A DNA stretch of 64,000 bases. Source: Actinomycetota bacterium. GTDB lineage: Bacteria; Actinomycetota; UBA4738; HRBIN12. The position numbers and the translations under genes are program-made. The stretch lies in assembly GCA_036374435.1 (NCBI GenBank), contig DASUTU010000030.1, positions 15,539 to 79,538 of the forward strand, given 5' to 3'. This document shows, one piece after another, positions 49,934-62,625 of this stretch. Position 1 is the first letter of the stretch; each line of letters begins with the position of its first letter. The notes beneath the pieces are model-generated. The model saw only the letters and a list, made by a program, of their open reading frames with translations, was not told the origin of the DNA and did no database searches.

Positions 49934-50423
49934 GGTCGAGACGCGCGTCCGCGCGCAGTTCGGGGACGACGTCCTTGCGGTCGAGGACCAGGTCGGACAC
50001 GCCGTCGTGACCGTCTCCCTGGCGCGGTACCACGAGCTGGTGCAGTTCCTCCGTGACGAGCCGGACTTCGCCTGCGACTACTGCGACTTCACCTCCGGCG
50101 TCGATCGCGGCGACGAGGGCATCGAGATCGTCACGCACGTCTTCTCCACCACGCTTCACCACAACGTCCGGGTTAAGGTCCGGCTGCCCGCGGACGACCC
50201 GGTCTGCCCCACGATCTCGGACCTGTATCCGACCGCGGACTGGCACGAGCGGGAGACGATGGAGATGTTCGGGGTCACGTTCGAGGGCCACCCCACCCCC
50301 GTTCGGCTGCTCCTGCCCGAGCCGTTCGAGGGCCACCCGCTCCGCAAGGACTTCGAGCTGATGTCGCGGGTCGTCAAACCCTGGCCGGGGGCCGCCGAGG
50401 GCGAAGAGGAGGAGGAAGAGTGA
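49902..50423 (+). CDS. nuoC: NADH-quinone oxidoreductase subunit C, second copy (30-kDa domain only, no NuoD fusion)
   Basis: [25 protein letters not shown]; 173 aa with a C-terminal EGEEEEEE tail. GTG start. Confidence 0.8.
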   Translation: MAGSRPLPPPEVETRVRAQFGDDVLAVEDQVGHAVVTVSLARYHELVQFLRDEPDFACDYCDFTSGVDRGDEGIEIVTHVFSTTLHHNVRVKVRLPADDPVCPTISDLYPTADWHERETMEMFGVTFEGHPTPVRLLLPEPFEGHPLRKDFELMSRVVKPWPGAAEGEEEEEE

Positions 50424-51427
50424 TCGCCCAGTCCGGGGTGAGCTTCGTCGACCAATGGTTCGACGTCTACTGGCTCGTTCTGGTGGTGAAGGCCGCCATC
50501 GTCCTCGGCTTCTTCCTCGTGGCCCCGCTCGGCATCGGATACATGGAGCACAAGGTCCTCGCCCACATGCAGGGGCGTCTCGGCCCGATGTACGCGGGAC
50601 GATTCCACGGGTGGGCCCAGCTCGTGGCCGACGGGATCAAGTTCGTCCAGAAAGAGGACGTGATCCCCGCCGCGGCCGATCGCTGGGCGTACTCGCTGGC
50701 TCCGGCGGTGGCGCTCGTGCCGTACCTCGCGGTGTTCGTGGTGATCCCGTTCTCCGCCGAGATCTACATCCTCGATCTCGACGTGGGGATCTTCTTCGTC
50801 CTGGCCATCTCGTCCGTCGGGGTGATCGGGACGCTGATGGCGGGGTGGGCCTCGGCGAACAAGTTCTCGTTGATCGGAGCCTTGCGGGGCGCCGCTCAGC
50901 TGATCGCCTATGAGCTCCCGTTGGTGCTGGCCGCCGCCTCGGTCGTCATGCAGGCCGGCACGTTGTCGATGATCGGCATCGTCGAGGCCCAGGCCCGGTA
51001 CTGGTTCGTGCTGACGCAGCCCATCGGTTTCTTCATCTTCATGGTGGCCGCGCTGGCCGAGCTGACGAGGCCGCCGTTCGACATGCCGGTCGCGGACTCG
51101 GAGATCATCTTCGGCCACATGACCGAATACACCGGGTTGAAGTTCGCGTTCTTCCTGCTGGCCGAGTACGGGGGCATCGTGGCGCTCTCGGCGGTGGCGT
51201 CCGTGTTGTATCTCGGCGGGTACCAGGCGCCGCCGTTCCTCGGGGCCATCCCGGCACCGCTGTGGATGGCGGCGAAGATCGGCGCGTTGTCGTTCGTGAT
51301 CATCTGGCTGCGGGCCACCTATCCGCGGCTTCGCGAGGACCAGCTCCAGCGCGGGTCGTGGCTGGCGCTGATCCCGCTGGGCCTGCTCCAGGTGCTCGTC
51401 GTCGGCGCGGTCAAGGTGGCGGTCTAG
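50420..51427 (+). CDS. nuoH: NADH-quinone oxidoreductase subunit H, second copy
   Basis: MEHKVLAHMQGRLGP..ELTRPPFDMPVADSEIIFGHMTEYTG. Confidence 0.85.
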   Translation: MIAQSGVSFVDQWFDVYWLVLVVKAAIVLGFFLVAPLGIGYMEHKVLAHMQGRLGPMYAGRFHGWAQLVADGIKFVQKEDVIPAAADRWAYSLAPAVALVPYLAVFVVIPFSAEIYILDLDVGIFFVLAISSVGVIGTLMAGWASANKFSLIGALRGAAQLIAYELPLVLAAASVVMQAGTLSMIGIVEAQARYWFVLTQPIGFFIFMVAALAELTRPPFDMPVADSEIIFGHMTEYTGLKFAFFLLAEYGGIVALSAVASVLYLGGYQAPPFLGAIPAPLWMAAKIGALSFVIIWLRATYPRLREDQLQRGSWLALIPLGLLQVLVVGAVKVAV

Positions 51428-52300
51428 ATGGCGATCGAGGAGCGCGAGACGCTGGTCTCCCCGGACGTGGAGGGGATGGGCCTCGGCCTGATCAAGGGGC
51501 TCGGGGTCACGCTGAAACACGCCCTTCGGCGCTCGGTCACCCAGCAGTATCCCGAGGTCAAGCCGGACCTCCCCGCGCGCACCCGAGGCGTCATCGCGCT
51601 CAAGGAGGCGAACTGCACCGTCTGTTACAAGTGCGCGCGCGAATGCCCCGACTGGTGCATCTACATCGACGCGCACAAGGAGACGCACGACCCGGCTTCC
51701 GGTGGCAAGGCGCGGTCGGTGAAGGTGCTGGATCGGTTCGCCATCGACTACGCGCTCTGCATGTACTGCGGGATCTGCGTCGAGGTGTGCCCTTTCGACG
51801 CCTTGTTCTGGAGCCCGGAGTTCGAGTACTCGGAGTACGAGATCGACCTGCTCACGCACGAGAAGGAGAAGCTCGAGGAGTGGACCTACACGGTCCTGCC
51901 CCCGCCCGAGCTCGAGGTCGGCGCCGAGCCGTCGATTGAGGACAAGGGGGGTGGCGCTGGGGCAGGGGCTCCGGGCTCCGGTTCGGCGGCTGGATCGCCG
52001 CCTCCGGTCGCTCCGGCGCCCGTAGCCGCCTCACAGTCGCCCTCCGTCCCCACCCCAACGCCTGCCGAGGCCGCCCCCGCCGCTGCGACCGCGCCCGCCG
52101 CCGAAGCCGCCCCCCAGACCGCGGAGGTCACTCCCTCGCCAACGGAAGCCGGGGAGCGGGTCGAGGTGGAGCCGGATCCGGAGACGTTCGAGCGCGTCCT
52201 GGCGGAACAGCTGGCGCAGGGGAAGGATCGGCGCGTCGCCGAAGGACAAGCGCGCCGGGCGGCGATGCTCGAGGCCCGACGCAGGGCGGGCGGCGGATGA
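51428..52300 (+). CDS. nuoI: NADH-quinone oxidoreductase subunit I, second copy, with a C-terminal Ala/Pro-rich extension of about 120 aa carrying a conserved motif
   Basis: [12 protein letters not shown] and [12 protein letters not shown], then a [34 protein letters not shown] linker and the terminal [31 protein letters not shown]. Confidence 0.85.
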   Translation: MAIEERETLVSPDVEGMGLGLIKGLGVTLKHALRRSVTQQYPEVKPDLPARTRGVIALKEANCTVCYKCARECPDWCIYIDAHKETHDPASGGKARSVKVLDRFAIDYALCMYCGICVEVCPFDALFWSPEFEYSEYEIDLLTHEKEKLEEWTYTVLPPPELEVGAEPSIEDKGGGAGAGAPGSGSAAGSPPPVAPAPVAASQSPSVPTPTPAEAAPAAATAPAAEAAPQTAEVTPSPTEAGERVEVEPDPETFERVLAEQLAQGKDRRVAEGQARRAAMLEARRRAGGG

Positions 52301-52797
52301 CGGGTCAGGAGTACGCGTTCCTCGTGTTGTCCGTCGTTGGCGTCGGCGCGGCCATTCGCGTCGTGACGGCGCGAAACGTCGTGCACGCCGCGCTGTACCT
52401 GGTCGTCACGCTCTCGATGGTGGCGGGCGCGTACCTGATCCTCTCGGCCGAGTTCGTGGCGTGGGTGCAGGTCCTCATCTACGTCGGGGCCGTGGTGATC
52501 CTGTTCCTGTTCGGCCTCATGTTGACGAAGGCGCCGATCGGGCGCGAGGCCCTCGACAACCAGCGGCGGGGTGTGGCCTTCCTCGTTGGGCTGGCCATCC
52601 TGGCCGGGCTGGTCTTCCTGATCCAGGACGCGTTCGGGTGGGACGAGTCGCGGATCGACCCCTCCGGAGGAGGCGCCGCCGAGGTCGGGTCGGCGATCTT
52701 CTCTCGGTTCGTCCTTCCGTTCGAGGTCGTGTCCTTCCTGCTGCTGGCGGCGCTGATCGGGGCCATCGTGCTCTCCCGGAGGGACGACTCGACGTGA
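52297..52797 (+). CDS. nuoJ: NADH-quinone oxidoreductase subunit J, second copy
   Basis: 166 aa, 5 TM. ATGA overlap with the upstream gene. Confidence 0.8.
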   Translation: MTGQEYAFLVLSVVGVGAAIRVVTARNVVHAALYLVVTLSMVAGAYLILSAEFVAWVQVLIYVGAVVILFLFGLMLTKAPIGREALDNQRRGVAFLVGLAILAGLVFLIQDAFGWDESRIDPSGGGAAEVGSAIFSRFVLPFEVVSFLLLAALIGAIVLSRRDDST

Positions 52798-53096
52798 TCC
52801 GCCTGGCGCTCCCCCTGCTGTTCTCGGCCGCGCTGTTCGCCACCGGGGTGTACGGCGTCCTGGCCCGGCGCAACGGGGTCCTGGTGCTGATGTCGATCGA
52901 GCTGATGCTCAACGCCGTGAACGTGAACCTGATCGCGTTCGGCCAGTGGCTTGGCGACCTGACGGGGCAGGTCTTCGGGCTGTTCGTGATCGCGGTTGCC
53001 GCCGCCGAGGTGGGCATCGGCCTCGCCATCGTGATCCTCATCTACCGCAACCGGGAGACGATCAACGTGGACGAGGTGAACCTCCTCAAGTGGTAG
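52794..53096 (+). CDS. nuoK: NADH-quinone oxidoreductase subunit K, second copy
   Basis: 100 aa; [17 protein letters not shown]. Confidence 0.85.
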   Translation: MIRLALPLLFSAALFATGVYGVLARRNGVLVLMSIELMLNAVNVNLIAFGQWLGDLTGQVFGLFVIAVAAAEVGIGLAIVILIYRNRETINVDEVNLLKW

Positions 53097-53101
53097 CCGC
53101 C

Positions 53102-55075
<1,974 letters not shown>

Positions 55076-55149
55076 GAGGGGGTGCGGGGACTGACGGAGC
55101 GAGCCCGTGAGCGAGCGGTCGTCCCCCACGCGGAAGGGTGGGAGAGCAG

Positions 55150-56685
55150 ATGACCTGGGAGAACTCGGCGATCACGATCGCCACGTTCCTGCCGCTGGTG
55201 GGGGCGCTGGTGATCGCGCTCGTGCCTCGCGAGAGCGACCGGGCGGTTCGAGCCCTGGGGATCGTCGTCACCGGAGCGGCGCTGGTGGTCGCGTTGGCGC
55301 TGGCCGTCTCGTTCGACTACGGAGCGGCCGGGCTCCAGTTCGAGCTCGACACACGATGGATCCCCGCGATCGACGCCCGGTACCACGTCGGGATCGACGG
55401 GATCTCGCTGCCGCTGTACCTGCTCACGTTCGCCCTGTCGTTCCTGTGCGCCGTCTACTCGTGGCGAGTCGTCCCGAGCCCCGGCAAGACCAAGGGGTTC
55501 ATCGCGCTGATGCTGCTCCTGGAAACCGGCATGGCCGGAACGTTCATCGCGTTCGATCTGATCCTGTTCTTCATCTTCTGGGAGCTGGTGCTGGTCCCGA
55601 TGTACTTCCTCATCGGCATCTGGGGCAGCGCGAATCGCGAATACGCCGCGATCAAGTTCTTCCTCTACACCTTGTTCGGTTCGATCTTCATGCTGCTGGG
55701 GTTCCTGGCGATGTATTTCCGGTCCGACCTCGGCGGCGGCCAGCACACGTTCGACATCCTCGCCCTCCAGGAGTTCGCGGCCGGCGGGGGGTTTCCACAG
55801 GGGTTCCAGCTCGTCGCGTTCGCCGCCGTGGGACTCGGGTTCGCCGTGAAGGTGCCGATGTGGCCGTTCCACACGTGGCTGCCCGACGCCCATACCGAGG
55901 CGCCCACGATCGGCTCGGTCCTGCTGGCCGGGGTCATGCTGAAGATGGGCACCTACGGGTTCGTTCGGATCGCGCTCCCCGTCCTGCCGTACGGGGCCGA
56001 GAAATACGCCCCCTGGATCGGAGCGCTCGCCGCGATCGCCATCGTCTATGCGGCGCTGGCCTGCCTGGCGCAGAAGGACCTGAAACGGCTGATCGCCTTC
56101 AGCTCGGTGGGGCACATGGGGTTCGTCATGCTCGGCATCGCCACGCTCACGCCTATCGGGATCAACGCGGCGATCTTCGGGATGGTGGCTCACGGGATCA
56201 TCACCGGCATGTTGTTCTTCTGCGTGGGATCGCTCTACGACCGATACCACACGCGGGAGATCGCCGAGATCGGCGGCGGGGTCATGCAGAAGCTGCCGTA
56301 CCTGGGGGGCGTGTTCGCGTTCGTCTCGATCGCCTCGCTGGGGCTCCCCGGCCTGGCCGGCTTCTGGGGCGAGGTCATGGCCCTCCTCTCGGCCTACAAC
56401 CCCGTCGCCGGCCTCAACGCGGGCCTGTTCCGGGTGTTCATGGTGGCCGGCGGGATCGGCACGATCCTGACCGCCGGCTACTTCCTGTGGATGCTCCAGC
56501 GCGTGAACATGGGCGCGTTGCCGGAGAAGTGGCGGGCGTCCCCGTTCCCGGACATCGTGGCCGTCGAGTGGGTGTCGTGGGCGCCGCTGCTCGCGGCCAC
56601 GGTCGCCCTCGGCGTGTTCCCCCGGCTCGTCTTCGGCGTGACCGAGGAGCCGGTCGAGGCCATCCTGCGCCTGTTCGGCGGCTGA
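55150..56685 (+). CDS. nuoM: NADH-quinone oxidoreductase subunit M, second copy
   Basis: WLPDAHTEAPTIGSVLLAGVMLK. Start at MTWENSAIT after GGGTGGGAGAGCAG. Confidence 0.85.
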   Translation: MTWENSAITIATFLPLVGALVIALVPRESDRAVRALGIVVTGAALVVALALAVSFDYGAAGLQFELDTRWIPAIDARYHVGIDGISLPLYLLTFALSFLCAVYSWRVVPSPGKTKGFIALMLLLETGMAGTFIAFDLILFFIFWELVLVPMYFLIGIWGSANREYAAIKFFLYTLFGSIFMLLGFLAMYFRSDLGGGQHTFDILALQEFAAGGGFPQGFQLVAFAAVGLGFAVKVPMWPFHTWLPDAHTEAPTIGSVLLAGVMLKMGTYGFVRIALPVLPYGAEKYAPWIGALAAIAIVYAALACLAQKDLKRLIAFSSVGHMGFVMLGIATLTPIGINAAIFGMVAHGIITGMLFFCVGSLYDRYHTREIAEIGGGVMQKLPYLGGVFAFVSIASLGLPGLAGFWGEVMALLSAYNPVAGLNAGLFRVFMVAGGIGTILTAGYFLWMLQRVNMGALPEKWRASPFPDIVAVEWVSWAPLLAATVALGVFPRLVFGVTEEPVEAILRLFGG

Positions 56686-56710
56686 TCGAGGTGCGGGAGG
56701 CGACCCGGCG

Positions 56711-58177
56711 ATGAACCCGGCGATCGACTACCACGCGATCCTGCCCGAGATGATCCTGGCCGGCACGATCCTGCTCGTCTTGGTGGTCGACGCCTTCCTG
56801 TCGCAGCGGCGCAAGTGGTTCACGATGCCGCTGGGGTTCGCCGGCGTGGCGGCGGCCCTGGTGGCCGTGTTGACGCTCATCGGCCAGGAGCGGACGACCT
56901 TCGACGGCATGTTCGTGGTCGACGACTTCGCCGTGTTGTTCAAGACGTTCTTCCTGTCGGTCGCGCTCGTCGTGCTGATGCTCTCCCTGCGGTACTTCCG
57001 TGACGGCAGCTTCTACCAAGGGGAGTACTACTTCCTGCTGCTGACCTCGTTCCTGGGCACCCTCCTGATGCCGAGCTCGCGGGACCTGCTGATGTTGTTC
57101 ATCGCGCTCGAGCTCGTGAGCGCTCCCGGCTTCCTCATGGCGGCGTTCCGGAAGACCGACCCGAGGTCCAACGAGGCCGGGATGAAGTTCTTCCTGATCG
57201 GGGTGCTCTCGGCCGCGGTCATGCTCTACGGGATGAGCCTGGTCTACGGCGTGACCGGGACGCTCAACCTGAGCGAGATCGGGCAGGCCCTGTCGGGCGC
57301 GCTGGCCCAGGGACAGGAGGCGCTCGTCCTGGCGGCGATCCTGTTCATCGTGGCGGGATTCGCTTTCAAGGTGAGCGCGGTGCCGTTCCAGTTCTGGGCT
57401 CCGGACACGTACGAGGGGGCCCCGGTCCCGGTGGCGGCGTTCCTGGCCACGGCGTCGAAGGCGGCGGGCTTCGCCGGCCTGCTCCAGCTCATGTTCGTTG
57501 CCTTCCCCCACCAGCACGAGTTCTGGGCGCCCATCTTCGCCGCCCTGTCGATCGCCACGATGTCGATCGGCAACCTGGTCGCCCTCCAGCAGCGCCAGGT
57601 GGTGCGGCTGCTGGCGTACTCGAGCATCGCCCAGGCCGGCTACATGTTGCTGCCGTTCGCGCTGGTGTCGGCGGACCAGGCGGTGAACCAGGACGCCTTC
57701 GCCGCCTCGGTCACCTACATCTTGATCTACGCCATCATGACGCTCGGCGCCTTCGCCGTCGTGATCGCGCTGTCGCGGGAGTCGCGGGGGCTCCTGATCT
57801 CCGACTTCGCCGGGCTGAGTCGCCGGGCGCCGGTGCTGGCCGTGGCCATGACGGTGTTCATGGTCTCGTTGGCGGGCGTCCCGCCCACGGGCGGGTTCTG
57901 GGCCAAGTTCCTCGTGTTCAAGGCGGCGATCGAGGCCGGGGGCATCGGGACGGTTCTGGCCGTCGTGATGCTCGTGAACTCGGTGATCAGCCTCGTGTAC
58001 TACCTGGCGGTGCCGCGGCAGATGTTGTTCGAGGAGCCCGAGCTGGACCGGCGGCTGGTCTCGCCGTCGTTGGTCACGGCGGTCACCGTCGTGGCCATGG
58101 TGGCCATCGCCGCCGTGGGGGTCTGGCCGGAGCTCCTCGCCCACTTCCCGCCGCTGTCCACCCTGGCCGGTCCGTAG
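56711..58177 (+). CDS. nuoN: NADH-quinone oxidoreductase subunit N, second copy
   Basis: FWAPDTYEGAPVPVAAFL; 488 aa. Confidence 0.85.
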   Translation: MNPAIDYHAILPEMILAGTILLVLVVDAFLSQRRKWFTMPLGFAGVAAALVAVLTLIGQERTTFDGMFVVDDFAVLFKTFFLSVALVVLMLSLRYFRDGSFYQGEYYFLLLTSFLGTLLMPSSRDLLMLFIALELVSAPGFLMAAFRKTDPRSNEAGMKFFLIGVLSAAVMLYGMSLVYGVTGTLNLSEIGQALSGALAQGQEALVLAAILFIVAGFAFKVSAVPFQFWAPDTYEGAPVPVAAFLATASKAAGFAGLLQLMFVAFPHQHEFWAPIFAALSIATMSIGNLVALQQRQVVRLLAYSSIAQAGYMLLPFALVSADQAVNQDAFAASVTYILIYAIMTLGAFAVVIALSRESRGLLISDFAGLSRRAPVLAVAMTVFMVSLAGVPPTGGFWAKFLVFKAAIEAGGIGTVLAVVMLVNSVISLVYYLAVPRQMLFEEPELDRRLVSPSLVTAVTVVAMVAIAAVGVWPELLAHFPPLSTLAGP

Positions 58178-58229
58178 AACCTCCCTTATCCGGACGGCGA
58201 ACTATCCTGAGGTAGGAGGAACGGACACG

Positions 58230-59096
58230 ATGATCGGTCTCAACCGCGTCAAGACCTGGATCCTGATCGCCGCCCTGGGCGGCCTGTTCGTGCTGATCGG
58301 CGGCGCCATCGGCGGGCAGAACGGCATGGTGATCGCCCTCGGGATCGCCCTGGTCTTCAACTTCTCGATGTACTGGTTCAGCGACAAGATCGCCATCGCC
58401 ACCACCCGCTCGAAACCGGTGACGGAGCAGGAGGCGCCCGACCTGTACCGGATCGTTCGGGAGCTGGCGACCACCAATCAGATGCCGATGCCCCGCATCT
58501 ACGTCTCGGACATGCAGCAGCCCAACGCGTTCGCCACGGGACGCAACCCGAACCATGCGGCGGTTTCGGTGACGCGGGGGATCCTGCAGGTCCTCGACGA
58601 GCGGGAGCTGCGGGGCGTGCTCGCCCACGAGCTGTCCCACGTGGCGAACCGCGACATCCTCGTCAGCTCGATCGCCGCGGCGATCGGCATGAGCATCACG
58701 TTCCTGGCCCGGTTCGCCCTGTGGTTCGGCGGGGGCGACAACCGCAACAACCCGCTGGGGGCCTTCGGCCTGATCTTCGCCTGGATCCTCGCCCCGCTCG
58801 CGGCGGCGGTGATCCAGATGGCCGTGAGCCGCTCACGCGAATACCAGGCGGACGAGTCGGGCGCCCTCCTGTCGCGCGACCCGGACGCGCTGGCCAGTGC
58901 GCTGCGGAAGCTGGAGGCCACGGCCAAACAGGTGCCGGTGCCCGCCAATATCAGCCCGGCGGAGGCCCACCTGTTCATCGTGAACCCGCTTCGCGGACGG
59001 CAGGCCGCGATGAACCTGGCGAACCTGTTCTCGACGCACCCGCCGACCGAGGCCCGGGTGGCCCGACTGGCCGAGATCAAGAAGCAGATCGGCTGA
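58230..59096 (+). CDS. htpX: Zinc metalloprotease HtpX (M48)
   Basis: HELSHV zinc motif and EYQADE; 4 TM helices. Confidence 0.9.
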   Translation: MIGLNRVKTWILIAALGGLFVLIGGAIGGQNGMVIALGIALVFNFSMYWFSDKIAIATTRSKPVTEQEAPDLYRIVRELATTNQMPMPRIYVSDMQQPNAFATGRNPNHAAVSVTRGILQVLDERELRGVLAHELSHVANRDILVSSIAAAIGMSITFLARFALWFGGGDNRNNPLGAFGLIFAWILAPLAAAVIQMAVSRSREYQADESGALLSRDPDALASALRKLEATAKQVPVPANISPAEAHLFIVNPLRGRQAAMNLANLFSTHPPTEARVARLAEIKKQIG

Positions 59097-59099
59097 GCG

Positions 59100-60450
59100 C
59101 GGGTATGTCAAGCCATCAAGCGGCCAGACGGGTCGCCCCCTCGTGGCGCGCGGGGTCGTAGGGCACCCCGTCGGTCCAACACCTCCAGATCACCCGGACC
59201 CAGGCCCGCGCGAGGATCCTGACGGCGTGAGGATGTCGACAGCCCCTGGATCGGGCGCGGTCGTAGATGTCGCGCGCCCACGGGCTCGCCTGCACGCTGT
59301 CCTGAGCGAAGTCGATGAGCGCCGCCCGCAGCTGTTTGTCGCAACCTCGACGGAAGCTCACCGCTCTACGCTTGCCCGAGGCCCGCGTCGACGGCGCTAC
59401 CCCGGCCGCGGCCGCGAGCGAGGACTCGTCCGGGTACCTGCCTCGGCAGTCTCCGATCTCGGCCAGCAGCAGCGCCGCCCGGTTCACGCCCGCACGCGGC
59501 AATGACCGGAAGATCTCACCGTCCGGGTGGAGTCCAAGCGCCTCGGCGATCCGGCGGTCGAGCGCTTCGATCCGATCGCGGATCTGTCCGGCCAGGCCGA
59601 CGAGCTCGGTCGTGACGACCCCGAAGGCCTCCCCCGCCTCACCCAGGAGGCCCTCGGCTGCCGCGTCCAGGTGCGCCATCAGCTCGGCGGAGGTCCTGCG
59701 GCCGGCGTAGCCGACCGAGCGCAGCCAGGACGCCAGCCGACGCTCCGACAGCCACCGGGCCCGTTCGGCGGTCGGGAATCGGCGAAGGAACGTGAGCGAG
59801 ATCGGACTGTCGAGCTGTGCGAACAGACCGATCGCCCCCGGGAAGGCCTGCTGCAGGTTCGCCAGCAGCTGGTTGTGCACGGCGATCCGGTGTCCCACCA
59901 GGTCCTTGCGCGCCCGCACCAGAGCCCGGAGCGCCCGCGTCGCCGCCGTGTCTGGATCAAGCGATGCCATCCGATGTCCGTCGGTCCGAAGGGCATCCGC
60001 CAACACCAGCGCGTCGAAGCGGTCGTCCTTGTTGCCGGCGGTCCCGTGACGCAGGCGGTAGGCCCGCACCTGGCGGGGGGAGATCACCACGACCTGCAGG
60101 CCGGCGGCGAGCAGCGCGTCGACCACGGGTCCGTCTGGCCGTTCGATCGCCACCCGCTCGACGCCGTGGCTCCGAAACCTCGAACTCAGCTGCTCGAGCC
60201 CGCGGCGGCCGTGCTGGACGTCGAACCGGTCCACGACCTCACCGACGTCGTCCAGGACGCAGACCGCGTGCCGTTCCCAGGACCAGTCCACGCCACCGTG
60301 ACGTGGACCACCAGATGCCCTAGCGTCCATCCCGCTCCTCCCGTCACCTCGGGGGAAGCGCCCGGTCCGGTTCGGGGTCTGCTCGCCGGTCGCTCACTGA
60401 TCGGCGCTCGAGGCGCATAGCCCTATGGCCAGTCGGCGGACCCCGGGCCG
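59100..60450 (-). mobile_element. IS110-family insertion sequence (approximate extent; ends not defined)
   Basis: A single transposase ORF without obvious terminal inverted repeats, as is usual for IS110. It is flanked by htpX and an unrelated cluster. Confidence 0.5.
59116..60330 (-). CDS. IS110-family (DEDD) transposase
   Basis: N-terminal WSWERHAVCVLDD..V (DEDD_Tnp_IS110) and C-terminal transposase_20 region (ALLLAEIGD..FRS..LAAAAGVAPSTRASGK). Confidence 0.85.
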   Translation of the reverse strand: MDARASGGPRHGGVDWSWERHAVCVLDDVGEVVDRFDVQHGRRGLEQLSSRFRSHGVERVAIERPDGPVVDALLAAGLQVVVISPRQVRAYRLRHGTAGNKDDRFDALVLADALRTDGHRMASLDPDTAATRALRALVRARKDLVGHRIAVHNQLLANLQQAFPGAIGLFAQLDSPISLTFLRRFPTAERARWLSERRLASWLRSVGYAGRRTSAELMAHLDAAAEGLLGEAGEAFGVVTTELVGLAGQIRDRIEALDRRIAEALGLHPDGEIFRSLPRAGVNRAALLLAEIGDCRGRYPDESSLAAAAGVAPSTRASGKRRAVSFRRGCDKQLRAALIDFAQDSVQASPWARDIYDRARSRGCRHPHAVRILARAWVRVIWRCWTDGVPYDPARHEGATRLAA

Positions 60451-60572
60451 CCGGGCCTGCGCTTCTCAGCCTGGCCCTCGAGGAGCTCGGTCAGCCTGGC
60501 AGTGCACCGGCGACCCCGGGCGATGCCGCAGGCTCTCACCTGCAAGGTGAAGGGTGAAGCAGTGAGCGCGGG

Positions 60573-61238
60573 TCAGACCAGCTCGAGCACCGTCCGGAGG
60601 TCCCGGATCACCCGGTGGCCTCCGGGCGCGTTCACTCCCTCGCCGGGCTGCGCGCCCTCTCGCAGGAGCAGCAACGTGCGGATCCCGGTCGCGGCGGCGC
60701 CGTCGCAATACGCCGCCTGGTCGTCCACGAACACGGCCCGCTCGGGCTCGGCTCCGAGCCGCTCCAGCGCCGCCCGGTAGATGCCGGGATCCGGCTTGGC
60801 CGAGCCGGCCTCGTAGGACAGGACCACCGCATCGGCCTCCTCGTGCAGGCCGAGCCGCTCCACCACCGGCCCCGTCAGGTGGTCGCAGTTGCTGACCACC
60901 GCCGTCGCGACGCCGCGGCTGCGGAGCTCGCGCAGCACCGGCAGCGAGTCCTCGTGCAGGGTGACCCCGGTCTTCAGGAACCGCTCGATCCGCGCCCTGA
61001 GATCGCGCACCCGGTGCCCGTCCGGGGAGACGCCGGCGGCCTCGATCACCGCGGCCACGTCGCCCTCGGCGCTCCCGAACGTCCCCACGCTTCGCGCCTC
61101 GCGCGTGATGGTGTAGGCGCGGAGTAGGTCGTCGGTCGAGACCTCGAGCTCGGCCTCCAGGTGGCCGCGCAACGCCGGCCAGTCGCTCCACACGAGCGTG
61201 TCGTACAGATCGAGGAGCACGGCGCGGATCGAGCTCAC
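60573..61238 (-). CDS. HAD-superfamily hydrolase
   Basis: N-terminal VLLDLYDTL (motif I), VVSN (motif II), K..DDQ region. GTG start overlapping the upstream stop. Confidence 0.7.
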   Translation of the reverse strand: MSSIRAVLLDLYDTLVWSDWPALRGHLEAELEVSTDDLLRAYTITREARSVGTFGSAEGDVAAVIEAAGVSPDGHRVRDLRARIERFLKTGVTLHEDSLPVLRELRSRGVATAVVSNCDHLTGPVVERLGLHEEADAVVLSYEAGSAKPDPGIYRAALERLGAEPERAVFVDDQAAYCDGAAATGIRTLLLLREGAQPGEGVNAPGGHRVIRDLRTVLELV

Positions 61239-62602
61239 GTCGTCGTGTCGAGGATGGCGCGAACGTGCTCGATCGTCGTTCGCGGGTTGACGAAACACAA
61301 CCGGGCGACCTTCTCGCCCTCCCACAGCGTGGGCTGCACGAACGCCACGTGGTCGCGCAGGATCCGTCGCCACCACGCCTCGTAGTCCTCGGCGTCCCAG
61401 CCCAGCCGGCGGAACACCACCACCGACAGCTCCGGCTCGACGACGAGCTCGAGCTCGCGGCGGCCGCGGATCTCCTCGGCGGTCGCGCGAGTGACGGCCA
61501 GGACCTGCTCCACCGCCGCTCGGTGCGCGTCGGTACCGTGGACGGCCAGGGAGAACCACAGGGGGAGCCCTCGCGCCCGGCGGGAAAGATGGGGAGCGAA
61601 ATCGCTCGGGTTCCACTCGGCCGACGCGTTGAGCGTCTCGAGGTACGCCGCGTCCTGGCGGTGGGCCGCCCGGGCGGCCTCCGGATCCCGATACACGAGG
61701 GCGCAGGCGTCGTAGGGCGCGAACAGCCACTTGTGCGGGTCCACGATGAACGAGTCGGCCCGCTCGAGCCCGCGGAAGCGCTCGCGGACGGTCGGCGCGA
61801 GCAGCGCCGCACCCCCGTAGGCGCCGTCCACGTGCAGCCAGATCCCGTGTTGGGAGCAGGCCGCGGCCACCCCGGCGAGGTCGTCGACCAGGCCCGCGTT
61901 CGTCGAGCCGGCGCTCGCGGCCACGGCGACCACCTCCGCCGGGTCGTGGCCCTCGAGCCAGGCCCGGAGGCCGGCGCCGGTGAGGCGTCCGCCGACGTCG
62001 GGGACCCGGTCGAGCTCCACGTCCATGATCCGCGCCGCGGCGGCGACGGAGGAGTGCGCGGACTCGGCGCACACGATGCGCCGGCGCTCTCGCTTGCCGC
62101 CGCGGGCGACGAACGCATGACGAGCGGTGATCAGCGCCGCGAGGTTCCCCGCGGTCCCGCCCGAGACGAAACACCCACCGGCCCCGGGGGGCAGGCCGGC
62201 CAGGTCGGCCAGCCAGCGAAGGACCTGGTTCTCGGCCCAGACCGCCCCGGCCCCCTCGATCCAGGTGCCGCCGTAGGAGCAGGCGGCGCTGACGGCGAGG
62301 TCGAACAGGACGCTCGCCGGGGTGGGCGCTCCGGGGACGAACGCGAGAAACCCGGGATGGTCGGTGGACATGATCGTGGGGGCGAGTTCGTCGCCCCAGA
62401 TCCGCAGGGCCTCCTGCCCGCCCAGGCCGCCGGGCGTGATCGTGGCTCCGACCCGCCGGGTCAGCACCTCTGGCGAGGGCGGCCGGTCGAGCGGCCGGGG
62501 GTTCGCGATGCGGCCCCTGGCGTAGTCGACGATGGCTCGCGCCAGCCCCTCGGTTGCATCCGTGTACTCGTGCATCGGCGACATGGCGAAAACTTCCCCC
62601 AC
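61235..62602 (-). CDS. Group-II pyridoxal-phosphate-dependent decarboxylase
   Basis: SFIVDPHKWLFAPYD (PLP-lysine motif of the group II decarboxylase fold); 455 aa. Confidence 0.8.
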   Translation of the reverse strand: MGEVFAMSPMHEYTDATEGLARAIVDYARGRIANPRPLDRPPSPEVLTRRVGATITPGGLGGQEALRIWGDELAPTIMSTDHPGFLAFVPGAPTPASVLFDLAVSAACSYGGTWIEGAGAVWAENQVLRWLADLAGLPPGAGGCFVSGGTAGNLAALITARHAFVARGGKRERRRIVCAESAHSSVAAAARIMDVELDRVPDVGGRLTGAGLRAWLEGHDPAEVVAVAASAGSTNAGLVDDLAGVAAACSQHGIWLHVDGAYGGAALLAPTVRERFRGLERADSFIVDPHKWLFAPYDACALVYRDPEAARAAHRQDAAYLETLNASAEWNPSDFAPHLSRRARGLPLWFSLAVHGTDAHRAAVEQVLAVTRATAEEIRGRRELELVVEPELSVVVFRRLGWDAEDYEAWWRRILRDHVAFVQPTLWEGEKVARLCFVNPRTTIEHVRAILDTTT

Positions 62603-62625
62603 CGGACGGTCGACGAGGCCTCAGG

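Noticed and set aside
49902-50423. Possibility that a NuoD domain is hidden as a NuoCD fusion or in another frame in the second nuo operon
   Set aside because: NuoC2 is only 173 aa and nuoH2 starts at its stop codon. No other frame between 49900 and 50420 gives a NuoD-like translation. NuoD is therefore absent from this operon.
59100-60450. Terminal inverted repeats or target-site duplication of the IS element
   Set aside because: None were seen, and IS110-family elements typically lack them, so the element ends are left approximate.
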